Assembly (NCBI GenBank): GCA_027923505.1
Contig: BROI01000014.1
Location: forward strand, 372,001 to 436,000
Origin: Mayamaea pseudoterrestris
Taxonomy: Eukaryota
Direction of reading: 5' to 3'
Length of the DNA: 64,000 bases
Shown here: in pieces, positions 55,741 through 64,000 of the stretch
How the letters are laid out: each line of letters starts with the position of its first letter
Position numbering within the stretch: position 1 is the first letter of the stretch
The notes under the pieces: generated by a model
Database searches by the model: none
What the model was told of the DNA's origin: nothing
The model's input: only the letters and a program-made list of their open reading frames with translations
Program-made: the position numbers and the translations under genes

Positions 55741-55783
55741 CGATAGTAAATTTGTCTATTTTGATAAAATAGAAGAATGCTGA

Positions 55784-58700
55784 TTATATTGATGCGCGCC
55801 CTTTTTTGCCCTTTTGCTTCTTTTTAGACTTTTTCTCACTCTGAGGAGGGAGTGTGCCATCCTTCTCCGCTTCACGTTGCATGGCAAGTTCGTCCACAGC
55901 CTTGCGCTTCTCGCGGACACTTTGGATCTGAATTGTCCCAGACGCTCCTACGTCCTTATCTTTAAGAGCCTTCTTCCATTGTTCACTTGATCCTTTTACA
56001 ACATATTGCATGAGCTCGCGGTCGTTGGCGATTTCAGGAGGCAGGTCCGCCTGTTGATCACCGCGCAAAACCTTCATGGCTTCGTCTGCTGCGTCAGCCA
56101 CATCCTCCTCAAGTGTTTGTTCCGTAACTTCTTGCATCTTCCGTGCCGAATTCTCGATCTCGCCTCTCTTTTGTCCAGCAAGCAGCGATTGCTTCTCCCG
56201 CCCTTCGACAATCAGGTCAAGGGCGATCGAGATTTTTCTGACTGCCTTGTTGAACATCGCCAAGACTTGATTGGAAGGGAGGCCAAGTTCTACAGTCAGG
56301 TCATCCACTGTTCGATTTTGCAGCCCAATGCCACACAGTAACGCAGCCTGTACGCTTGAAAGACTAAAGTCCGGACCCATGCGGTCCGCAAAGTATAAGC
56401 GACTGATGATTGACATGAGATCAGTCACGAGATGGTGATCACAAAGATTGCGACCGTACTGCTCCAAACGTTTCAGATCATGAGGCGTACACAGGAAGTC
56501 GAGCTCGTCAGCTGTGATCTTGCTAGACTGATTCGTCTTAGACTCATGAAGGGTGTCCAGCACGGACACCGACAGCCGTATGTCAAGATCGCGAAAGGCT
56601 CCGGCTAGCAGGGAGATGAAACGACGCTTTACATCCTGCGTAAATGAAGCGATCCATGCGTCGTCAACTCCGGTACGTCGAGGTAGTGCGCGAGCCATAA
56701 TGGCCGAGTACTCGCCTGTAAGTTCATTCTTAGTCTGTCGCAAGTAGAGCATACGCATACCTGTTCGACTCCAAAATTTCTGCAGCTCGAGTGTCAAGCC
56801 AAATGATGTTCCAATCCAATCAAGCTTGGGCGACTCGACCTCCGTCAATGGAAGCAGTAAAGGAGGAAGCTCTTTTCGGGGCTTTAATGACTCGGCATGA
56901 ATACCGCTTCCCTTGTTGCTCGTTCCCTCGTCATCGCTACTCAATTCACCGCCGCCGTCGTTCGAGTCGCCATCTTCGTCCATCTCATCGTTCAAAGACA
57001 CCATCTCTCCGTTGTAAAATCGAAATAAAAGCTGAACTGCTTTGGACCCATATCCCATGCCTTGAACTGAAGGATGCACCGCAATACGAACAATCCGAGC
57101 GCCACTAAGCTGAGCAAACTTTGAGTCTCCAAATTGCTGCGAGATTGTCCAAGGAATTAAATCACCCGCAGAACGATGGCCTCGCGCAAGTTGTGCCTCC
57201 ACTGTCTTTCGAGAGATTCGACCTTCCAATGCAACCTGTACAACGGCCAGAATGTCAGGAAGGGAGTTACCATCTTTCTCAGCAGATGGTGAGAGCAGCA
57301 CGAACACGTGGTGCGCAGGAGCATCCGAAAGCATTTGCAAGTCGTTGGGAGTATTTTTGTAATGTGCACTCGTGTATAAGCCCATAAGCTTTTGCAAAAA
57401 AGATTCTGAAAGCTTGTGATACGAAAAGAGTGCGTCTCGATCAACATGATAAAGCTCACAATCGTCGGGTGCAGGTGCACCGCCACTCAGCTTCAAACTT
57501 GCAGCAGATCCACAATCCAAACATAACAACTTGTTCAGCCATGTCTCCACTGGATCAGCAGGAGCGTAACGAATGGGCGTCGACAGCTCAATTTCGCGGA
57601 GTGCACCAAAAAGCTTCTCGGAAGATCCTTCGACAGCAGCCGCCGCTGCCTTCCACCGTTGCTCGTGCACTTTCGATTCGCCCTTTTTGGCCCTGGGTCC
57701 GGAAATGGCGTCTGCAGCAGCGCTGGCCGCTTGCATTTCCGCTTGTCGGCCGCCCTTGGACTCGCGTAACTCCTTGATCAGCTTGAGACTCAGGGCTCTA
57801 CCCGTTCCTTCATATCCCGTAATAGTGGAACTCATAAAGGTCAATCGATCCGGCTGTTTCATAAGCGTCCGCACGACGGGGAGTGGAATCGCTGCCGCTT
57901 CGTCGATAGCCACAATTTCGGCCGTCGCAAACTTGTCCGTCTCGGATGGAGCAATGTATTGAATCACTTGGCGATGCGTCTTGTGAATTCGAATGGACAG
58001 GACGCATTTGGTTTCATCTCTTCCCTTGGCACTATTGTATGCTACAGTGTAATCCAAATGCTCCTGGTACTTTAGCGCCTGCAAGCCCCGTCGCACAAAG
58101 TCAAAGACGGCGACCAAATTCTCTGGTTCCGGTGCCGTCACTGCCAGTGTTGAATATCCCAATGACACGGCGCCCGCCAAGCACAAGCCAATGGCTGCCG
58201 ATTTTCCACGACCACGACCAGCCGTCATGGCAACCGTGGTGTTGTGACTGCCAGCATTCGTGTCCGAGCAAGCCTCCAAAAACACCAAGACTGCCTTGGC
58301 TTGATCCAGCGTCTTGGTGAGTTGCACCAATGCGCCAACGTGCGGCGTTTCCGCCAAGGACTCTTGCAGTTGCATCAACTCTTGCTCCTCCGGAGTCTCT
58401 CGCACAATGACAGTTCCAGCTTCTGCTTTGGGGATTTTAGTGGCACTCAACAATTCCGCGTGACGCTTGGAAATGGGCAAAACATTCAACTCATCGTCAC
58501 ACACCAGGGCCACGGGACAGTTGGCCAAGCTCAGCAAGAACCGCTCATTGAACCGCGGCACTATTTCCGCCGCCGACTCGGTGCGATACCGCGCGTGAAC
58601 GTCCATGGTGAGCGTGTACAGCTGCTTGAGCGACTGGACGGATCGCAGCAAAAAGACGACGAGTCCACCGCCTTGAATCGTTTCAATCGTTCGCGCCATT

Positions 58701-59095
58701 AAGTTTGGCGTGAGCGCCTCAAAGTCCTGCAAGACGAGTACGCCAAACGTTTGTCCTAGTATGCGATGCGTGTCTTTGTAGTAGCACCACGTGATATCGG
58801 ATTGCGTGACAAAGAGTTCAAACTGGTCACCCGTTTCCGCGTCGAGCAATCCTCGCTGCTTGTCTCGCTTGAGTTTCTTGATGCGCTTCTGTCGGTGCGT
58901 ACTAAAGCCAAGCTCCTTCTTGTAGCACCACAAGACTGACGGGCGTTTGGTGGTTGTCTTGGACAAGATTTGACATAAATGTGGAACCTGGTCCTTGCCG
59001 CGATCTCCAACCAGCAACAGCAAGGAGCGCTGGTGGGTGCCAACGGCGGCTTCCAGCAAGTGGCGGACGCGGTCATCGAGCTTTTTGCGGACCAT
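55784..59095 (-). CDS. NAT10: RNA cytidine acetyltransferase NAT10/Kre33
   Basis: MVRKKLD, VLWCYKKELGFSTH, LQDFEALTPNLMARTIET, GRGRGKSAA, DEAAAIP, SAHYKNTPNDLQ, RIVRIAVHP..GYGS. Confidence 0.97.
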   Translation of the reverse strand: MVRKKLDDRVRHLLEAAVGTHQRSLLLLVGDRGKDQVPHLCQILSKTTTKRPSVLWCYKKELGFSTHRQKRIKKLKRDKQRGLLDAETGDQFELFVTQSDITWCYYKDTHRILGQTFGVLVLQDFEALTPNLMARTIETIQGGGLVVFLLRSVQSLKQLYTLTMDVHARYRTESAAEIVPRFNERFLLSLANCPVALVCDDELNVLPISKRHAELLSATKIPKAEAGTVIVRETPEEQELMQLQESLAETPHVGALVQLTKTLDQAKAVLVFLEACSDTNAGSHNTTVAMTAGRGRGKSAAIGLCLAGAVSLGYSTLAVTAPEPENLVAVFDFVRRGLQALKYQEHLDYTVAYNSAKGRDETKCVLSIRIHKTHRQVIQYIAPSETDKFATAEIVAIDEAAAIPLPVVRTLMKQPDRLTFMSSTITGYEGTGRALSLKLIKELRESKGGRQAEMQAASAAADAISGPRAKKGESKVHEQRWKAAAAAVEGSSEKLFGALREIELSTPIRYAPADPVETWLNKLLCLDCGSAASLKLSGGAPAPDDCELYHVDRDALFSYHKLSESFLQKLMGLYTSAHYKNTPNDLQMLSDAPAHHVFVLLSPSAEKDGNSLPDILAVVQVALEGRISRKTVEAQLARGHRSAGDLIPWTISQQFGDSKFAQLSGARIVRIAVHPSVQGMGYGSKAVQLLFRFYNGEMVSLNDEMDEDGDSNDGGGELSSDDEGTSNKGSGIHAESLKPRKELPPLLLPLTEVESPKLDWIGTSFGLTLELQKFWSRTGMRMLYLRQTKNELTGEYSAIMARALPRRTGVDDAWIASFTQDVKRRFISLLAGAFRDLDIRLSVSVLDTLHESKTNQSSKITADELDFLCTPHDLKRLEQYGRNLCDHHLVTDLMSIISRLYFADRMGPDFSLSSVQAALLCGIGLQNRTVDDLTVELGLPSNQVLAMFNKAVRKISIALDLIVEGREKQSLLAGQKRGEIENSARKMQEVTEQTLEEDVADAADEAMKVLRGDQQADLPPEIANDRELMQYVVKGSSEQWKKALKDKDVGASGTIQIQSVREKRKAVDELAMQREAEKDGTLPPQSEKKSKKKQKGKKGRASI

Positions 59096-59375
59096 GATTC
59101 GTTTTATTGGATAGTGTGTAAACAAGCAGCAGGTAGAGTAGGTTTTAGTAGGCAATGAGCAAGCGATGGGATAGATTTGAATCCAATGTTCTGCGAAAGA
59201 TGAATTGGATGTTTGCTTGGCGCTCATGAGGTAGTCGTACCGTTACCCAGTCGGTCCACGGCCAGACGCGTCGCGCCGCGCGCCAAACGTTCGCACTCGT
59301 TTCCACGCAATTCGATGAATGCATTTCAAAGTTCAAGCCAAGGCTCTTACAAGTAACATACACTGAAACGCAACC

Positions 59376-61505
59376 ATGTCTACCGTAGCGGAACTTTCTG
59401 TAGCAAAGGAATCTGCAGTCTCGCAGAGCAGCAGCAGCAACATGGAGCAGGAGGAGGAGCGACTGCGCGAAAAGCTCAAGGCAAGACTGAGCAAGGACAA
59501 TAAGCAACGCGGCGACGCGGGCAGCCACGACGATGGCAGCAAAGGCTCCGTTGCCTCGTCCAAGCGCAGCAGCGTTCATACATCTACCAGTCGGCAGCGT
59601 GACGGCCAACGTCGCGACCGATCTCGATCGCGTTCTGGAAGTGCGCGCGGCTCGCGAGGAGGTTCGCCTCCGCCGCATGTTCATGGCAGCCGGCACCACC
59701 ATTCGAGACGAGACGATCATTATCATGGGGATTCCTACTACCGCGGCGACGGTCATCGGGACCATCGAGGAGGCGGTGGTCGTCGTGGTCCTCCTCCGCC
59801 GCCAGGTCGGCATTATGATGATCGGTACGACCATCGCGGCGGACCCGATTACCGAGGGGGACGCGGCGGCTACTATGGCGACCATCGAGGACCTCCGCCG
59901 CCACATGATGCACCTTACGGTCCGCCTCATCCAGGACGCGACGGTCATTACTATGACGACTTTGGACGGCAGCGTCCGCCTCCTCCGATGCGTCGCTCTC
60001 GATCTCCAAATAACGATCGCAAGGTAGGACGGTCACGCTCACGCAGTCGATCGCCCCCTCCTCGCCGTCATCGTCGTCGAAGCCGCAGCTACTCGTCGTC
60101 AGGTTCTAGTCGATCGAGCAGCAGCGCCAGTAGTCGCAGCTACTCGTCATCATCGTCGCGCAGCTCCCGGTCACATGACGACGATGACGTTTCGTCGACG
60201 GGCAGCATGGAGCGCGAGTCTGTCATGACCAAGGATCAGCGCACCGTCTTTGTCAATCAGTTGGTGCAAAAGGCCACGGAGCGCGACGTGCGTCTCTACT
60301 TTAACCGCAAGGGCTATCGCGTCAACGAAGTCATTCTGCTAAGGGACCGTCGCACTAGCAAGCACAAGGGATGCGCCTACGTGGAGCTGCGCAAGCTGGA
60401 GCATGTGCAACCGTGCATTTTTGCGCTCAATGATCAAGTTCCCGACTTTCAAAAGTTTCCCATTCTAATCAAGGCGAGTGAAGCGGAGAAGAATTATGCG
60501 GGAACAACGACGAATGTTGTGGCGACTGCTGCGACGGGCAACGTGACCAAGGTTGCTGCGGCAGCTGCAGCCCAAGTCGCTCCAGTCTTTCCACTCGACT
60601 CGTTTGGTAATCCAATCATGTCGCAAAAAGTGTACGTTGGAGGTCTTAACCCAAGTGTCACGCACGACCATTTATTGGCACTGTTTGGTCCGTTTGGTTC
60701 GCTCGTGTCGGTGCAAATGCAGATTGACGCGGCGACGCAATCCAGCAAGGGCTTTGCCTTTTTGCAGTTTGTCGATGCCCGGGATGCCAACTTGGCGATT
60801 CAAAGCATGGCGGGTCAATCCTTGGCGGGACAGGCGTTGAAAACGGGATGGGGCAATCAAGTGGGCGGTGCTAGTGTTGTGACTTCGGAGGAGTTTCCGC
60901 CCGATGCGGCGGCCAAGACGCAGGCAGCGTATAGTGTATTGAAGCAGTTGAACATGGGACAGGCAGTGGCCATGGTAGGACAGGTGGCGAAAACAACTGT
61001 GAGTGCTAATGGTATCGTTCGTGCGACTGTTCCGCAGCCAGGCACAGTGGCGGAGGCGCGAGCGAGTTTGGCAGCGGCTGCTGCAGCAACGACGGTTCCA
61101 CCAGCAGCGATGGTTCCGGCGGCGGTGCTTGCACCCAATGCGGCGAATCAGTCGGCTGGGGCTGCCGGCGGCGCTCCATTAGGTGATGCATCTGCAAAGG
61201 AAATTGGTAATGCGGAGCATCCGTCACGACACATTTTGATCCATAACATGTTTGACAAGGACCAGGAAACCGAGCCTGGATGGGAGGGAGAAATCAAGGA
61301 GGAATTTATCTCGGAAGCGAAAAAGTTTGGAATACTGGAACGATGCGTTGTCATGGCCAAGTTGCCTGGTGGTAAGATTTATGCATCTTTCATGTTGCTG
61401 GAAGGAGCTAAAACTTGTGCGTCAACTTTGGCAGGACGATGGTTTGACAAGAGACAGTTGCGCGTCGAGTACGTTTCGGAAGACGAAGTGCCCAAGGAAG
61501 AGTAA
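59376..61505 (+). CDS. RBM39: RBM39/CAPER-like splicing factor (RS region + 2 RRM + UHM)
   Basis: RS/RGG-rich N-terminus, DQRTVFVNQL, KGCAYVE, VYVGGL..SKGFAFLQF, C-terminal NMFD..EIKEE..GRWFDKR. Confidence 0.9.
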   Translation: MSTVAELSVAKESAVSQSSSSNMEQEEERLREKLKARLSKDNKQRGDAGSHDDGSKGSVASSKRSSVHTSTSRQRDGQRRDRSRSRSGSARGSRGGSPPPHVHGSRHHHSRRDDHYHGDSYYRGDGHRDHRGGGGRRGPPPPPGRHYDDRYDHRGGPDYRGGRGGYYGDHRGPPPPHDAPYGPPHPGRDGHYYDDFGRQRPPPPMRRSRSPNNDRKVGRSRSRSRSPPPRRHRRRSRSYSSSGSSRSSSSASSRSYSSSSSRSSRSHDDDDVSSTGSMERESVMTKDQRTVFVNQLVQKATERDVRLYFNRKGYRVNEVILLRDRRTSKHKGCAYVELRKLEHVQPCIFALNDQVPDFQKFPILIKASEAEKNYAGTTTNVVATAATGNVTKVAAAAAAQVAPVFPLDSFGNPIMSQKVYVGGLNPSVTHDHLLALFGPFGSLVSVQMQIDAATQSSKGFAFLQFVDARDANLAIQSMAGQSLAGQALKTGWGNQVGGASVVTSEEFPPDAAAKTQAAYSVLKQLNMGQAVAMVGQVAKTTVSANGIVRATVPQPGTVAEARASLAAAAAATTVPPAAMVPAAVLAPNAANQSAGAAGGAPLGDASAKEIGNAEHPSRHILIHNMFDKDQETEPGWEGEIKEEFISEAKKFGILERCVVMAKLPGGKIYASFMLLEGAKTCASTLAGRWFDKRQLRVEYVSEDEVPKEE

Positions 61506-62014
61506 GCCGCCAGGAGAAACAGTATATAAAAGGGGATTGGCGATTGTAAAATGGCAGGCGATTACACGCGCATTATTCGAGAATTTTTACAGGTTGGAGG
61601 GACTTGGGGCTACATGGCAAAGTAAATGGTTTGGAGATACATCATTCGGTGAGCGCTCGAGATTTGTTGCCGCAGGCCTGTCTGTCATGCTTGCTTTGAA
61701 CGGATGCTCGCTTTGCTTTCTCTGCAAAACAGGCTTTTTAGGTTGCAGTGAATGGGAATGATAGCATGGCTGCTATTTCTACATAGTTTGGTAAATATGT
61801 AAATGAATAATCGAGAGAGTTACTTGTTAATATGAACTACCGGTAGCAATCGAAGTAACCGTCGTTAAGTCGTCTACAATGGTCGGAACCATTTTTTCCC
61901 TTCTACGCTCATTTAGTTGCCGACATGAGAGCCGCACATGATACATTGTAGCCATTGTAATTGATTGATATATTCTTAACTATTTGCAAATCCTTTCACT
62001 AGGTACATCATCGC

Positions 62015-62496
62015 CTAAATCTCAATTTGCGTGCTTGTCGCTTTCGCTTTCCCGGACGACGACGGTGGCACGGGAGATCGTGGTATGCCAAGAGGCGGCG
62101 CCGGAGGAGGACTTGCTGCAGCTGCTCCGTTGAGTGAGTTTGGACGATGGTTGCCATTGTTCAAAATGGTTTGCTTGTCAATGCCAGCGTCGTCGGCTAG
62201 TTCGCTGACGTGCTGCTCCAGTTCGTCAATCCGTTTGCCAAGCTCATCCATTCTTCCGTTAATCTTGCTTCCAAGTTGTTGGAATCGATCTTGCTGTTGT
62301 ATTTGCGAAACCAGAAGGAATGCTTGTGAGAGGCAAGGTCGAATGTCGGAGGGGCAACTTTTGATGCAAAAAGGTTACGCACCATTTCTTGGAGGAGCGA
62401 ATCGACAAAGGCTGTCAAATCATTGGCATTCTCAATAGGCCTAGCAGCTGCAGTAGGAGAAGACTGCGAAGCTTCTTGGGTGGGAGACTGCGCCAT
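62015..62496 (-). CDS. HSBP1: Heat shock factor-binding protein 1, 2 exons (62496-62383, 62293-62015)
   Basis: DLTAFVDSLLQEM/QDRFQQLGSKINGRMDELGKRIDELE across intron 62294-62382. Confidence 0.9.
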
Positions 62497-62770
62497 TATA
62501 AAGTATAGTACTGTATAGCCTTGGTGTGAATGTAAACAACAAGTGAAGCGTCTGTGTGTTGTAAGGCCGACGCTTTTGGTGCGCTTTGAAAATCAAAGCG
62601 GCACGCGCGCATGTAGTTAAGAAACGTCACTTTGTCACATCGCGTTTGAAAACTCCATCGTGAAGGGCGATCGCTCCGAGGGTCTGGCTCGCCAACCAAC
62701 GGACGGCACAACCCTCGACCTCCAAGCGTCAAACAAACTCTTTACATCACGCTGCAGCAGACTTGAGACC

Positions 62771-63520
62771 ATGGCGGACGACGACGGCAACTACAACTAC
62801 TTTAACGAGGGCAATGTCAGCAATTTGTGTACAAGCTGGGCGCCTATTTTGGGCATGACTGGAATTGTAGCGTCCGTGGCATTGGCGAGTGAGTAAATCT
62901 TGAGGAACAGCCAAGTGGCAGCAATAGAATGCTACTGCTATTGCCGAGACACAAGCGTCTATACTTGTAGTCGGATGTACTGTTAATCTAACAACTCTTT
63001 TTGTCATTGAACAGATCTCGGAGGCGCCTACGGAACAGCCAAGGCTGGCCAAGGCCTCATGGCCATGGGGATTCGATCGCCGGAACTGCTCATGAAGAAT
63101 ATTATTCCAGTCGTCATGGCTGGAGTCTTGGGTATTTACGGTCTCATTGTCGCTGTCATTCTCAATGGAAAATTCAGTCCTCCGACGCAAGGAACTGGCT
63201 ACGCGACATACTCGCAATATAATGGATTTTCGCACTTGTCGGCTGGTCTTTGCTGCGGACTATGCTCGTTGGCGAGTGGCATTGCCATTGGAATTGCAGC
63301 AGATGCTGGAACAAGAGCGGTCGGAGCGCAGAGTGCCATGGCAGCGTCGTGGAAAAAGATGGGATTCACTGGAGATGCTGGAGGTCAAGTGACGAGCAGT
63401 GGAGATGCGCTCTTTGTCGGCACGATTTTGATTCAAGTCTTTGCGTCCAACTTGGGCTTGTATGGACTTATTACGTCTCTCATTTTGTCACAATCCGACT
63501 ACCAATGCCAACCAGAATAA
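62771..63520 (+). CDS. V-type ATPase c-type proteolipid, atypical (no TM4 Glu), 2 exons (62771-62888, 63015-63520), 207 aa
   Basis: N/LGGAYGTAKAG, RSPELLMKNIIPVVMAGVLGIYGLIVAVIL, HLSAGLCCGLCSLASGIAIG, FVGTILIQVFASNLGLYGLI. Confidence 0.9.
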
Positions 63521-63656
63521 ACCGAGGCTTTTACTATTAATTAACAAGTCTCAAATTAAAATTTCTATAATAATTTATCTGTCTGTGATTACAAAAGTGG
63601 ATGGCAACTAACATACAAGCCGCACACGCACTAGCATTGTGCGTTTACCGCTCTCC

Positions 63657-64000
63657 TCAATCATCGTCCTCAACGTCAAAGCGCTTCAAGTACTTTCGTA
63701 GCTCAATCATGGCCTTGCTTCGTTTCGCAAGTGCATTCGAAAATCCCTTGTTGTGGTAATGCAGAGATCCATAGTATCGATGCTGCCGCAATACATCCGT
63801 CCGCGTCACCATGCCAACCAGCTGCTTGGTACCTTCCAAGACGACTGGAATACAGCCAACGTCAGTTTCAAAGAGAAAGGACTCTACCTCGGCCATGGTT
63901 TTTGTAGCTTCCACGGTTTGAACATTGTTCAACATCCACGCCTTGACTGGAGTTCCTAGTTTGCGTTCGTCGGTTACCTTTTGGTCCACAGGGATTTCTA
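63657..64000 (-). CDS. Partial CDS: C-terminal CBS-domain region (runs off the window end)
   Basis: PVKAWM..TMAEVESFLFETDVGCIPVV..LVGMVTRTDVLR is a CBS motif. Frame open to the window edge. Confidence 0.8.
   Translation of the reverse strand, partial: EIPVDQKVTDERKLGTPVKAWMLNNVQTVEATKTMAEVESFLFETDVGCIPVVLEGTKQLVGMVTRTDVLRQHRYYGSLHYHNKGFSNALAKRSKAMIELRKYLKRFDVEDDD

Noticed and set aside
59145..59948. 267-aa antisense ORF over RBM39
   Set aside because: Shadow of a GC-rich, low-complexity RS/RGG region; no motifs.
15442..61505. Several RNA-processing genes (SYF1, SMU1, PABPN1, NAT10, RBM39) in one window
   Set aside because: Dispersed over 46 kb among unrelated genes; no evidence of a functional cluster.

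Overview
Gene-dense eukaryotic nuclear DNA, almost certainly from a diatom or closely related ochrophyte. The evidence is short GT-AG introns, signal peptide + A-F bipartite plastid presequences, and an IDI-squalene synthase fusion. About 36 protein-coding loci are present, 13 of them with introns I could place by hand, and many are in head-to-head pairs. Recognisable genes: SYF1, ASH2-like, MPP-beta, SMU1, homoserine kinase, SLC35F6-like, HemW/RSAD1, mitochondrial bL9, POR, NSE4, IDI-SQS, PABPN1, ALB3, a UreH/NiCo-type transporter, an ABC1 kinase, NAT10, RBM39, HSBP1 and a V-ATPase proteolipid. I found no rRNA, tRNA, CRISPR array or transposon. The most notable observations are three. (1) The V-ATPase c-type proteolipid lacks the essential proton-carrying TM4 glutamate (FASNLGLYG instead of FAEVLGLYG) and has a ~24-aa loop insertion. 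(2) Two diverged neighbouring paralogues share an unusual architecture of four SH3b-like repeats, an uncharacterised domain, a coiled coil and two C2H2 fingers. (3) There are several domain fusions: Yar1-like ankyrin-methyltransferase, photolyase-hydrolase and IDI-SQS. All calls come from motif recognition by eye; no database searches were run.
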